Shown here: positions 14,101 through 27,166 of the stretch, piece by piece
Position numbering within the stretch: the first letter of the stretch is position 1
How the letters are laid out: each line of letters begins with the position of its first letter
Assembly: GCA_040954595.2 (NCBI GenBank)
Contig: CM082584.2
Coordinates: 6,328,110 to 6,392,109, forward strand
Length of the DNA stretch: 64,000 nt
Origin: Balanoglossus misakiensis
Lineage: Eukaryota > Animalia > Hemichordata
Direction of reading: 5' to 3'
Translations under genes and position numbers: made by a program
Notes under the pieces: model-generated
Databases searched by the model: none
The model's input: only the letters and a program-made list of their open reading frames with translations
Told to the model about the DNA's origin: nothing

Positions 14101-17100
14101 TATAATCACACAATCAAGCTATATTGATTTGTTCCTAAAATACCAAAATAGGAATAACATAAATTCATTTTAACAGCCGTTTAGTTGTTTTATCCTTTTC
14201 TTCTTTCAGTTTATGATAAAGTGTCTTATAGTATTAGAACTTGAAGGAAGTGCATTTAATCGAACAAATGAAACCATGAGACAGTTTTGATAGTCAGTTC
14301 AGGCTGAAGTTATGCCTCTATAATTGTTTGAGTGTTTTTTAATACATCTAAGTATATAAATAGTCACTAAACATGCAACATTTTTTTATTTTTACCAGCC
14401 CATGACAACGCCTCCATTATTGTCCTTTTTTCCGGGTGGAGGCAATTGTTAAATCCTAACAATGGACTGAAGTCCGTTTTGTGGTTGGACAATATGCCTT
14501 ATTGGTCGTTAATTTCTCATTTATTACGTCAGGCTGAGGAGTCAGGGTCTCGATGTCACGAACTATCCGATAGTCCACCTTAGTCATACAGTACTAGAGA
14601 TTTACAGTTTTGTAACGAGCCCGGCCCCTTCAGATCCAGACCCATTGTGTTTGTTGACAGGATAGCGACTGAAACCAACACCTGTCATCAGCAGTAGGAC
14701 TCAATGGAATGTCGGTGTCTGCAATACTAAGTCAATGAACTCTTCATAAAAGGAAATTATTAACCCAAGCCCTACTCCTGAGATCTCGGTTTTTATCGGT
14801 TTCTAGGAAATGCATTTTTTTTGTTTGACAACTGTTAGAGTGGTTGTTTATAGGTTGTGAAGGAAGTTACATGTATTGCACAACCAGCAGGTGTGTGTGT
14901 GTAGATCTCTTGCAGCTTGAAGTTGTGTAAGCTGTGGTTTCTCTGTGGTTCTTACTATCTTGAGTTGTTAATAAATTTCTTTCAGTTAATTAAAGCCACA
15001 GTATTTCTCGTAGGGGCAAAATTTTGTTTGAAACGGCATCTATAATTTCTAAAAGTAGATGATAATTGATACTGAATCGAACAGTCATCATCCCCAGCTC
15101 TGCTGATAAACTCATACAATTTACAATATAACGAGTGAAGAATGACTTTCTGTCCGGACAGAAAGTCACGTGAGTCAGGCTAATGTTGACACACGTGACT
15201 AGTGCGCATGCGCACTCCAATGTGAATCTATGCGGAAGAGGTTTGGTCGCCCCAAATCAAGCGACTCAGCGAAGAGATGCGCACTAATTCGGCGAAATTT
15301 TGGGAAGATAACTTTATGGGAGAAATCAGTCGATGGAACCAGATCAAATCCGAAAATGGTCTGACCATTAAAATGTCAAAGTGGCACGTTTGCTGATCGA
15401 CATGTACAACATTTCCGTTGTAAACAAACCCGCGCATCATTTCAAGTGTTACGGGCAATATTTACAGCTTGCACATAGCTACAATTGCCCAAACCTTTCT
15501 TACATCTTCATTATATAGTATTCCATGATGGATGTACTGGAAAAACGGGCTTTTTTCGATGATGAAAAATGGATGCACACGAGAAATACTGGGGCTTTAA
15601 TATACATTGAAATGGCCTTACTTGAAAGTTTTGCCGTATGAATTTTCTCTGATCTATAAAAAGAACATTCCAGTGAAATTTACATCTTCTGCATTCCTTT
15701 CAGGTATTTTGATACAAGGCATAGTGGTAACTGATCCATTCTTGAAAAGCAGGATATATATATAGTTCATATTGAATTTCAAACTAGCCCTTGAATGTTG
15801 GCAAAAATTCAATTCCTCATTAGATGGGAAAAATAGATGCAGCTCCAGTGGCCTGTCTATGATCTGGAAAAATAATTACCTTAAGCATAATTTTTTGTTT
15901 TCTATTTAATCAACTAACAAAAAACTAGTCAAACTAAATTATTTGAAAATTTAGTCTGGACTTCAACATCAACAGCCTACATATGCAAAATTCTGAATCT
16001 TTGAACAAAGCAGGTCAGTTGTGGGGTCTGGACACTTGTACAGTCACATGTACGCGCACAAATCTTCTTCAGATGTTTACTGGTATTTCTTTTTTCATCC
16101 AGACAACACCGTAATTACAGCGACATGGACCACCTGCAGTCGAGCCAGACCCGACTGAAAGAGGAAATCGAACAGAGCCAGAGGGACATGGCCGCCATGG
16201 TGGAGAAAGAGAGACAGTTGAAAAACAAAAACAAATCGTTGTCGAATAAACTGAAGAGCGAGAAGGAGGAGCTGAGAAAGCTGGAGGGAGTGCTGAAGCA
16301 GAGGGACTCGCATTTCAAACACGAAATCAAGAAGAAGGAGAGGGAGGTGAACAAGTTGAAGGAGCGAGTCCATCAGCTGTTGACGGATAAAACGCAGGAA
16401 AGAAGAATAGGTAACGGTTTATGTTTGTACTAGAGTGGGTAAATGTGGGCAGTGATGTTATAGTCAAAGATGCAGATCTTGGGAGCAGGATTGTTATTGC
16501 AGGAATTATTTTTAAAAGGGCGCCCTCATTTGGTATCAATTTAACCCTTTCACCACCATGGTTTGGTCCAAATCTATTGTTTTCCATGGTAATATTGGAG
16601 CTCTATAGAGGGAATTGGGGGTGAGAGGGTTAAAGCCCACTATACATCTACATCCTTTCTGATCATCGCTTTTACAGTTCACACCACACAGAATTCTACA
16701 GCATCACTCCTGCACCAAGCGTCCTTGCCTCTGAAGGCTTGGGTACATGTACATCATACCACACCGTGAGAAATGTGGATTTGGGCTTAGTAGAGAAATT
16801 TACCATGCCCCTCTCTCTCTCTTTTAGGAATGGACATTTTGAATTCCTTGCAGAGGTCCGACGGCAAACGAGGAACATGGAAGACCAGTGGTCACAACAG
16901 GTAATTCCCACCTCCCATTTTAGGGAATTTTGTGAAGCAACGTCTTAATGTACGGAAGGTGCCAACACTTGTATGGAAAAATCAGCCATTGATCTATCAT
17001 CTCATATTTATAAGTTCCAAAAAGTTTTTGAAATGTGTTATGGATAATTTTCTTTCTTTTTTTTGTTTGCAGTAAAAATGAGGAGGACATGTACAGGTTG

Positions 17101-20100
17101 ATCATCACGAATTACGAGGAGAGACAGAAGGAACTGATGCTGGAAAACCAGGATCTGAGGGAGTCTCTCCGGAACATGGAGAAGGAGTTGGTCGATCTGT
17201 TGAATCAACAATCCCCAGTGAAGACCAACAGATCAACAGTGAGCAAACATAATATGCATTGCTGGTTGTTGCGTTGCATCAAACTGTTGTGTGTATTGAG
17301 CCAAGCATGTTGCGTGTGGTTGACCCCCCAAAATACATGTAGTAGTTATAACAAATGTAGACTTATTACATTGTGTATAAATTATAAATGAAATATACAG
17401 TTAATTTCTCTGAGATTTTATAGAATTTAAAATTTCCAAAGTGACTTAGGGATTGGGCCCTGTCTTTCCATCCAAGGCCATTATTTGGACATGCCTGGAC
17501 CAATTCATTCAGACTCTGTACATGGACAATGCACTGATGTAGTATGCTCATCAGTTAGTTTCGTGATATGGTCCATATTGGGTGTTTTGTGCAGTAATGC
17601 AGTCTTGCATTGTTACTGCACAGTTAATCCTGCATGAGAAATTGCAAATTAAAATCACCAGTTAATTAGATTAGACATGCCAATATGCAGTATTAAATCC
17701 AACTATTTTATATTTTCTTCTCAGTCCTCCGGAGAAGAATCGGATGACGAGAGCCCGTCAATATCCTCATCAATGGAAGAGTTGTCCACAGGTCATTATC
17801 AGATGCCCTATGAGATGGTGAGAGAGGGTATAGAAAACAGTATGAGGCAGAAATGGAGGAAACTTAAAGAACATATCAAGAAAATAGAGAATGGGAAAGG
17901 TTGGTATTGAATGCATACAGTTTTGATAATCCGGAGTTAGAAGATGATGATGATGAGGAGGAGGAGGATGGTGGTGGTGGTGGTGGTGCTGGTGGTGATG
18001 ATGATGATGATGATATTGCTGTGCTGTTGATGAAAACACTGGGGATTGGGTTTTGCTGGAATCACCAATTGCTTAATTAAGCTCTGATATATTTCAGCTA
18101 AACGTTCCATGATTTTTAATCCATTGCAGAGTCAAACACTGAAATTACAAGTCGGACGCAGACAATAGAAGTACTGGCCGAAGAGAGGACAGAGTTAGAG
18201 AAAAAGGTGGAAGTGTACAGAAAAATAATTGAACAACAAGAACAACTTTTAACACAGGTAAGTAAAATCTCACGAATTTCAATCAAATCATTTCTTCAGA
18301 ATTTTCAGAATTTAGTACTCATTTTCACCTTCAAATGGAAACGAATTTGAAATAATTTTGCACACTGAGCTAAAACATTTTTGAGAGAGTCCTGCTTGAA
18401 TAATATGCTCCAAATCAATAAACTGTAACACTCTTATAATAATGAAGACACTGACACACCCAAACTAACAGGCTTAACCTGATTTTTGATACAATGTATT
18501 GCATCAGTTTTCTGCAACTTTGCAATGTGTGGATGTGTGGTTGCATATATGTTCCGCTAAGGCTTTACGTGCTGTGGTAGTGTTTTGTAATCACCAGTGC
18601 TTGTTCGCTCGCAGTACCAGAACAACTCGGCCAGCGACAGAGAGGACCAGTCTCTGGCGTTCTTGAGAGACGCTCATTTACTGGAAGAGAAAGAAAGCTT
18701 CTCTCAGGACAAGAGGTTGTTCTATCAGCAAAAGGCATCCTTTGAAGACGAGAGGAGGAAATTTACTGAAGCTGCAATACGATTGGGACATGAGGTAGGA
18801 GAGTGTAATTCTGGCATTATAATTTTGAGTGTGGAGTCTAGGTGGTATGTTTGTGGAATTGGTCCAGTCTGGCAAGTTACATCACACTAATCCAAAATAT
18901 TTAAAATGTGAAAACAGAATGCAATACCTACTTCATGGATAAAATGCTATATATATATGGACTATGTATGGTCTTGTAATCTTAATCTTAGCCTTGTGTC
19001 CAAAAAAATAATTGATATTGTGTGGAGAAGTAGTCGTTTAATGTCGACTTTCTTCCGAGTGTACATACATCCAGCACTATAAAAAAATCAGTGACTCTGA
19101 AGGAATTATCCCTAAATATTTCTCCAACTGAAATTGAGTTGCTGTTTTTTATTGACTTTTCCCAGCGGAAGAAGTTTGAAGAAGAGAAGGCAACATTTCT
19201 TCAACAACAGTTCCTTCAGATGACAACGCAGATGCATCAAGTCTCTCCCACACTCAGACCCGCAAAGTCCATCTCCACCGCAAAAAGTAAGTCGCCGAAC
19301 AATCACTGGTCTTTTTGTGGCTAAGTGTCAATCAGTCTTCACTTTCATTTTGAGAACATTTTAAAAATGACCTGTGTATATATTCATATCTCTGAAATGA
19401 TTCAAAATTTATAAGCTGTACCTTTCCCTACATACTGTAAAACACGTGATTTTCGCGAGCAATAAATTTTCGCGATATACGCGAGAGCCAAAATAGCGTG
19501 AAAATAAAAAGTCGCGTAATTTTTTTAAAGATAACAATGCAGTGAATGAATAAGAGAATGCAAAAAAAATTAATACTTGCAAAACAGTGGCCTCAGTCGA
19601 TATCGCGAAAAATTTCAACTTGCAAAAATAAAGTGTTTTACAGTAATTCACATAACATACCGTACCATACTGTTACATTTTTTACCCTGTGTCCTGCAGT
19701 TCATATATGTTTTACACGTCTCATCTCTGTGTGTTTTCACTTTTCCATTCTTACAAGGCTGTGAGTGGTGATGATGTTGTTGTTTATGTTTACAAAATTG
19801 GGAGGGTATGTATGTCATAGTAATTGTTGTCTGTGCCTACTTTGATACTCAGCCCATGATAGCATGTCAGTTAACAAAGTCCGGCATGCCAAAAATTAAA
19901 CAAAAATCATTCATTGTATGCGGCCGTAGGCTTTTAACTACAGGTGTGAAATGCAAAAAATATAAGGCACTTTAAAAGATTGGGGTAATATGGGTTATGT
20001 GTTTGGGTTTACATTAGGATGATCACGGGCACACACGCAGTAAAGAATTCCTATTACCTTGGAAATTATTTTTCTCTTTCATATCATCATACCATTTGTG

Positions 20101-22122
20101 TGATTACTTTTCCTTGATTCTTTGTTATCACTTTGTATCATCTGTAAAATTAAAAAAAAAATGAAGGGAAAATTCTTTAGATCATTTGGTTCTTTCGGTA
20201 TCTGCTGTGATACACACTAAGTAGGGTCTGGATTCTGTGAGTGGTTGGTGTGGTATGAGACGGACCCTTGTCATAAGTAAACAATGTCATTGTACTTTTT
20301 ATGAGCTCTCATATTCTGTGTATCATTCTGTTCTGTTATAATTTATTGGTGTGATCTTGTGAGTTGGCGTTAGCGGTGAAAATGTGAAATAATTTTTTGA
20401 TCGTGTTCATATTCATTGGTAACCTGGTTTCTGTCACTGTAGTTCAAAGGGTATAGCTTCTGGCTTTTTCGTCTCCCACACCACCCCTGATAATATCAGA
20501 GCATGCAAGTGATACACGTATTGATTTAGTTAGTGATTTTAATGGTGTGGCCTCCATCTCTCATCATATGCTAAGCAGGGCTAAGAGGTAGTATCATCAT
20601 CGTCATCATGTCTTGATTACGGCAAAGGTTTTTGACAAGGGGTGTTTTATTGCTGCCAAAATACAAGCACGTCTTTGATTGGCTAACTATCCTCACACCC
20701 CTCCGGTTATGGTTGATTCTAGCCAATCAGCTTAGGGCTGGTTTAACGTGAACTTTGTTTTAATAGTTTCTTGTATAGTATTGGCTGTAACGTTGACTGG
20801 TAGTACCAGTGCATGACCAGACTTAACATTCAACCTCAATTATAATTTGAAAAAAGAACAAGTTTCGCTCATATTTTCAAAATTTGAAATAAAGATTCAT
20901 CGTGAAGAGACTACTACCACATGTACCAGTAATGCAATTTGATTGTCCAATCAGTTCAGAACTGTAATATATCATTCCTGCATTTCAGGTCCTACAGGGC
21001 GGACACTCCCGACCACGCCCGCTGCTACTTCCGTCGTCGCGACGCCCGGCGTGAACGCAAGCATGATGATGATGACGACGCCGCAGCTCAGCGGCAGTGC
21101 TGCGGCGATCAAGACGCCCAACACCATTGAGTTGTTCCGTGCCATGCAGCTGGTGGCGGACGACGGCCAGTACTTGAATGAGTAAGTCAGTGGGTTTCTC
21201 TGTCACAGCTCGGTGTGCAAAGTCGTGCTCGCTGCATACGTTCATAATGGTTCATGGATTGCATAAAACGGGGAAAAATAATCCTGAAATATGAAGGTTT
21301 GAAGTAGTGAACGCGCCCTGGTACAAACAAGTCCATGTGCGTTGACGGCCAATGAATGTGTGTAGTCATATATGTGCATGCTCTCAAACTCATGTATTTA
21401 CCTGTACCACTGTCGCATGACTATTGCAGCTGCAATTAGGATAACTTCTAGTAAAGAATACTTGGTGCATTAGAAAGTGGGCGGCTGTCCAGCAGTTTTG
21501 TAAGGTATCTTTTGATTGGTTGATTCCTTCGTCAACCCACTCTCCATACAGACGCACAGCATTGCAGGTGCGTGGATGCTGTATACTGTGATGATTGTCT
21601 TTCTGAGACATTGCCCCAATAAAGTAGGTACATATAATATGTAGTGTTGAACTGATGGCTTTTTGTCTTGACAGAACAATCAGTGGTTCATCATCCAAGA
21701 GCCGGCGTTCACTGCAGAACGTGGACTGGACGGCGAGGCAGAGCGGCAGCGAGTTGTCGAGTCTCATGTCGAGTTCGTCCTGCGAGGACCTCTCGCAGAC
21801 CAGCAGCAATGTGCGACCGCACGTCCACGCCGCCAAGTCCGGCAGCCAGCGCTCCAGCCTGGAGAACCTGCTGTCGGTCAGCCAGCGCTCCAGCCTGGAG
21901 AACCTGGCGCGCTCCTGCAGCGACCGCTCCAGCGCCGAGGACTCGCTGAGCGTGGAGGGCAGGCGCAGCGTCCGAAGCAGCAGCAGCCGATGCAGCAGCA
22001 GCAGCGTCAGCAAGGCCAGCACCGAGGGCAGCAAGAAGTCGGACACACGGGCGCAGGTGCACAAGAAGAACGTCAAGAACGCCGTCGCCCGGCGAAACAG
22101 CGGCGGCTTCGGGGGGAAATAA
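11114..22122 (+). CDS. SSX2IP: Afadin- and alpha-actinin-binding protein (ADIP/SSX2IP/Msd1), centriolar-satellite coiled-coil protein, ~739 aa
   Basis: Phase-consistent GT-AG exons: 11114-11383, 12574-12731, 16103-16410, 16828-16900, 17073-17238, 17725-17899, 18130-18257, 18615-18794, 19166-19286, 20989-21181, 21675-22122 (2220 nt). Motifs matching vertebrate SSX2IP: MADW, FCTRNNVDQCIAFLDQELSVLGFP, SDMDHLQ, KKKEREVNKLKERVHQL, MDILNSLQRSDGKRGTW, NEEDMYRLIITNYEERQKELMLEN, FTEAAIRLGHER. Confidence 0.93.
12756..12826. repeat. (CA)n-rich imperfect microsatellite
   Basis: gcacacacatgcacgcacacacacacacac... in an SSX2IP intron. Confidence 0.85.
13594..13647. repeat. 27-bp tandem duplication, each unit containing an X-box-like GTAACYATGACAAC
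   Basis: gtgttgtcagtaactatgacaacaata / gtgttgttagtaaccatgacaacaata. Confidence 0.75.
14994..15596. mobile_element. Non-autonomous Kolobok-like DNA transposon (~603 bp), TTAA TSD
   Basis: TTAA|AGCCACAGTATTTCTCGT ... ACGAGAAATACTGGGGCT|TTAA; 17/18 TIR match; AG...CT termini with a TTAA target. Confidence 0.8.
16545..16629. mobile_element. 85-bp piggyBac-like MITE
   Basis: TTAA|CCCTTTCACCACCA ... TGGGGGTGAGAGGG|TTAA (12/14 TIR, CCC...GGG termini). Confidence 0.7.
17943..18014. repeat. Compound (GAT)(GAG)(GGT) trinucleotide microsatellite
   Basis: Seen directly in an SSX2IP intron; source of the poly-His ORF 17770..18039. Confidence 0.85.
19433..19645. mobile_element. TA-flanked CTGTAAAA MITE, copy 2
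   Basis: TA|CTGTAAAACAC ... GTGTTTTACAG|TA, perfect terminal inverted repeat. Confidence 0.8.
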
Positions 22123-24525
22123 AAAACCTTGCGTGGAACCGTGCGTGTGTAACGACCCCTACCAACAGGTGGCTTGCATAAAACAAGACATTTTTTTTTC
22201 TCTTCAAACACTGCCATTACGAACTGATTGTAATAACGCACTGGAGCTGACCTCAAGATGGAAATCAGAGTTCGTTGTACGGAAATAACATAAAATGAAA
22301 CTATACCGTGCAACATGGTAATTATTTGACAATGTATATATGATATTTACAGTATACACGTGTGGGGAACAATGGCCAACAAGGGAGGCCGGGAACGTCT
22401 ATTTGCACTATTCTTTCATCAGTATTTGACCAATCATCTAAAACTAACCAAACAAGTTTTGTGCCAGGCGCAGGGAAATGTGTTAGCGCTGGAAAAATCG
22501 TTCAATATGTCTTCCTGCATATATGCGTATTCAGCGACAAAGAAGGGTTTGACAATTTGTCATGATCTAGGGAAGCCTTAAGACCCCCTAGGGTGGAGAT
22601 AGTTGTAACATTCAATTATGAGGTATGTTCTGGTTGCTCAAATCTCATTGGATAACTAACTCGTGCTGCCTATTGCCTAATCTGAATAAAGATTACCTAG
22701 GCATTTGATAATAATAAGAGTTTTATAAACCCTGCTATAGTTCCAGATAAAGAATAATTTATCTTAGATATTTTATTCTGTTAAAAAGATTAATGTATCC
22801 CTGAGCTTCCAGCGATCTTAACGTTTCAAAATTAACCTTTTTTTGTCATTTTTGCTGGCCATTTGTGTTACTACTTTTCTACTAATCAATATCTTGCAAC
22901 TGTGCATATATGGTTTCATTGTGGTTGTATTTTTGTGTTGAATGACAACTAACAGGATGGAAAAGAAATGACATTTAATTTCTATTTTTATTTTTTTCAA
23001 TTTTTGTGTCTCTTTGAGCTATGCACTGTAATTAATATGAACAAAGTTTGCACTGCACCAAGGAACAAACATCTTGTACTTTATAAAATTGTGATCTTGT
23101 GGAAAATTAAATCCTTCAACACAGAGAAGAGATTTCATGAAATTAAGTTTGGATAGGGGATAGCATTTAGACAAAAAAGTTATATATGAAATTTTTGCAA
23201 ATTTTTTGACTTTAGGGAATCAAATGGTATATTTAAGCTGCTAATAGCAGAGAAGTAGAGACTTATTTATTTAATTCATCTCAAAGCTTTCAGTCAATGT
23301 TCTAGCGCAGATCTAGCAAAGTCAGAGAGCTTTTAGAGATAGCTATATCTATAATGTATGTTTCAATCAGAGAAATTGTACTTTTCTAGAAGACAAAGCA
23401 TTTCAAGCAAATGCTTGTAATGTGTCACGTTTGTGTGAATCGGTTTCGTTCGGAAGGTAATATCTGTTTTATGTGTGTGTCTTGTCTTTTTCTGTTTCTT
23501 ACTCGTCAAAAAATGCTAAAAATTAATGTGATTATATCGAAATGGTGTTGCTTTTTACAATGCATTCCATCATTTGTGTCAACGCTATGCACCATAATGC
23601 ATTTACAAATTTTTTTTGGTCTATTTTTTCTGTCTTCTTTGCCTACACTTGCGCATACGACCAGTTGAGAGTTAGTGTCTTTGTTTTTGTACCAGACACA
23701 AATTATTATTGGTCTTATTTTTTCGAACACAAAAATGCTCCTTGATTGTAAGTTGGTGGAGAAAAGACGTTTTCAAACTACAAGAGACTGGTATGTCTTA
23801 GATGCATCTAGGAAAAACTCCCTAGATTGGTGATAGATCTGTTTACCAGGATTCTCCACTGCTGATCTTCTTTTGGTTTTCTTCACCAGATTTGATCCAC
23901 TTCTTACACGCATCATTTTATAATTAAAGATTTCTTACTTCCAAAATGGTATTTGTTTTCCTCTGCTAAAAATACTTGATTTACTGAAAGAAAAATATCA
24001 GTCTTTCCACATACCTTTACGGTAGTAGCGACAGCACTGAGCGAGTGCCAATCCACATTTGTCATTCTTGTCTGTGTTTCTTTACAAGCCATGATAAAAC
24101 ACTTCAGAAGAGACAACTTTGGAATGACGTTTAGCCTAGAATTTTGACGAGCGCACTCTATGTCCACCTCTGTATTTTCTTAGGTTTACCAGTTTATATT
24201 GTAACAGATTTATACACAATTGAAATGCGACAACTGCCAGTTTTCTGTTGATTTATTACAAACTTCTATCTAAAGCCACAAATTAAAATGATGTAGAACA
24301 TTATGTACCAGTAGGTTCTCAACTGGTCGATGTGAAATCAAATTGCAGAGTTAATTTACATTTTGAGTTTCATGATCATTTGATGCAAAGAAGTTCTGTG
24401 AATATTAAATTTTGAAAAAAAAGCAATAAATGAGTATTTTTTTCTTGAAAGAATGTCCGTTTGTCTGTGTGTTTGTGCAAGAGGTGCTTTTTGGAATGAC
24501 AGTGATATGGAGACATCTTGACTTG

Positions 24526-24619
24526 TAGTCTCGGTTACCCAGACGCCTTTGCTTCTTCCGATGCTCTCCAGAAAAGGAGAGCATCGGAAGAAGCAAAGGC
24601 GTCTGGGTAACCGAGACTA
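24526..24619. mobile_element. Perfect 44-bp-arm palindromic (hairpin) element with TA ends, just upstream of FAM32A
   Basis: tagtctcggttacccagacgcctttgcttcttccgatgctctcc-agaaaa-ggagagcatcggaagaagcaaaggcgtctgggtaaccgagacta. Confidence 0.75.
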
Positions 24620-24660
24620 TAAGTTCTTATTGAGGTCAGTAGGTCATCAGCAGAGAGAAA

Positions 24661-26256
24661 ATGGCGTCACCGTATTCGTCAGCTGGTGGTTCTCTCAAAC
24701 TAAAAGGTGTGCAGAACTCCGGATTAAAGAAGTAAGTTCGTATTCGTAAGTGATTGAATTAAGCAGTAACGTTTCTTCTTGTGAAGCTTCATAGAAACGA
24801 ATTCAGAGAGAAGTTTGTTACTGACCAGTCAAGTATGCTTTGTAAGTCGACTTCCTCACTCCTCACAATCATAAACAAGTGAACAAACCTTCGTTCGAAT
24901 ACATTAAAACTGCTTGTGCGTGACCGTCTTGTAAAATTTGACGAGAGACAATATACTAGTACTCTAGTACACAGGTAGCTGTGATATTTCTATGTCGGAG
25001 AATTGTATATATATATAATGCACTATAATGCTCCGACATAGAAATATCACAGCTACCTGTGCTCTAGTACTGTGTAATTTCAATCGGAGATTGTCTAAAT
25101 AACCGTATCATACCCATACGAACACAAATGATGCACCAGGACGCTATGACGTCATATTTATTGTGTTGCCTCAGCACAAATTCTCATCAGCCAATGAACA
25201 GTCAGTGACCACAAGATTTTGATTGTTGAGAATTTTGACAGTATTCCTTAATTTATTTTTGCCACCACAATTATCAATTGACAGAAAAAAGAAAAAGAAG
25301 AACAAGGAGCCGAAGAAGATTTTGGAGAGCATTGCAACGAGACACGAAGTAGATGAGGAGGATGAAGGCGACGAAATGGTTCCAGAGAAGTCGCCGGTGG
25401 ACAAGAGGACACCCGCACAAAAAAAATTTGAAAAAGTGCAAGAAAAACGAGTAAGGATGAGCCATTGATTGATTGATTGTTTGATTGAGACCTGGAGTGT
25501 CTTTGTGCCTCTTCAGTGTGTTTCGTAGTCTGTGTGAACCAACCGAGAGCAATGTTTCTTTCTGTTCTACTATGACGTAGTTGTACAGTCAAACTTGTAT
25601 TAGTGCAGGCCACATCTATATTCTATTCTAGTAGTGGAAACCTGACTATAGACAGTCCCTATGCAATTTACATGTGCACTAACTGACCTGTCTATAAACG
25701 CCAGTTTAGGAAAGGCCCGTGACTGGCCAAGATAGACAGGTTTGTATTTGCATAATCACATGTACACATGTTCATCTTCAAAGTTCATTTATTCAGCTCT
25801 TTCTTCTTATTCTCACTTTGCAGCAAATTCAAAGGGTTTTAGAGAAGGCATCCATGACACATAAACAACGTGTAGAGGTAAGTGCCATGCCAGTCACCTA
25901 CATTGTAAGCCCATTCTCTTTCCAGGTTCCCGATATCCCCTTACAAAATATCCTATAGGATTCCTATAGATAGGACCATGAGGAATCCTATATGACCTGT
26001 AGCAATCATTTAGGAATCCTATGAGATATTTTTGTAAAGGTCACCAATTTACATTTTACCTTTTTTTCGAATCACAAAGCCCTCCTGTCTTATCGAATAA
26101 CATATTTCTGCCAAACTCCTTCCACATACATGTACCCAGTACCTACGTGTTCAATAACACATTCGTCTTTCATTTGATGATCTGCAGACCTTCAATGCCA
26201 AACTGGACAGGCTGACAGAACATTATGATATTCCGAAAGTCAGTTGGACCAAATAA
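24661..26256 (+). CDS. FAM32A: Protein FAM32A (spliceosome C*/P complex exon-ligation factor), 119 aa
   Basis: Exons 24661-24731, 25285-25450, 25824-25877, 26188-26256 (360 nt). Motifs GGSLKLKGV, poly-Lys, KRTPAQ, KASMTHKQRVE and the diagnostic C-terminus LTEHYDIPKVSWTK*. AATAAA at ~26871. Confidence 0.95.
24970..25061. mobile_element. 92-bp foldback MITE with 8-bp TSD (hAT-like)
   Basis: ctctagta|CACAGGTAGCTGTGATATTTCTATGTCGGAG ... CTCCGACATAGAAATATCACAGCTACCTGTG|ctctagta; perfect 31-bp arms. Confidence 0.85.
25938..26040. mobile_element. Degenerate ~100-bp MITE in FAM32A intron 3
   Basis: cccttacaaaatatcctataggattccta ... taggaatcctatgagatatttttgtaaagg, imperfect ~29-bp inverted termini. 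Confidence 0.5.
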
Positions 26257-27166
26257 ATCCCTGTCAGGAGGATAACAGCGAGGGTTTGCCGGGAGATTTG
26301 TAAACTTCCAAATAGGGTGGTTGGCGCTCAAGACCATTGGGCGAGAATGGGCCAGTGTGAACGAAATAAAACATTTACCGTTTTCCACCTGTGCCAGCAG
26401 AGAATGAAAACAGTACACTGTACAGTTCATTAACTTAAAATATGTTATGGTTGAAAAAACACTTGTCATCCCAACAAGCACCAGGGCAAGTAACTAGGCC
26501 ATTTGATGATTATATTAAGCCTTGCTGGATGGGGTGCAATGTACCTGTATATTAGCAAAGTTGTTCATAAACACCACATTGCCCCGATCCAGAGTTTGTG
26601 TTGCGTGTAGAAACTGCTTTCTCGGTGAAAATGGTTCCAAGCCTCAATAAAGTCAATTAGTAATACATTTGAGAAGAAAAGACATTAGACTAGAAGACTG
26701 TGTTAAAGTATACTATACAATTATTTTCTCAAACTTCTGTTAGTAAATTTATCATTTGGGTCATACCAGAATCTCTCTTTTTTTAGAGAGTAGACATTTT
26801 ATAAGATTTCATTTGTGAACAATTTTCTTGTCAACTTCAAAATTTTTAATCTTGCTCTATGCCGTATTGAAATAAAATGAGTGAATATCGACGTTATTTC
26901 TTGCATTCATACATGAAAGGAAACTTTACAAAGTGTTTTTGTATTGTGCTCTGACTAGATTTGGTAATCATTTGCATTCAGATGATTGACAAATTGAATC
27001 AGGTGTTCTGGTCAGTGTTCTAGATTGTATTGTAGTAAGTTGTGTTGTTGGTCTAAAAGCAAGTAGAGTAACTTGAAAAACATTGCAGTGGCAAACAACT
27101 AGAACTTTTTTTTACTGATAAATACTACTTTCATTGTCCTGCTCTAATATTTTGTTTCCTGTGAAT

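Noticed and set aside
17770-18039. Poly-His ORF; likewise poly-Met 8038..8277 and CV-repeat 12558..12824
   Set aside because: Translations of intronic microsatellites.
20442-20507. Possible alternative SSX2IP cassette exon (ctgtag|TTCAAAGGG...)
   Set aside because: The frame required by the upstream phase-1 donor hits TAG after four codons; unsupported without RNA data.
21390-22316. 308-aa minus-strand ORF and other overlapping ORFs at 21668-22181
   Set aside because: Antisense or alternate-frame shadows of the GC-rich, stop-poor last SSX2IP exon.
24405-24749. Twin ORFs on opposite strands sharing MLLPMLS..GEHRKKQRRLGNRDYK
   Set aside because: Artefact of the perfect palindrome at 24526-24619.
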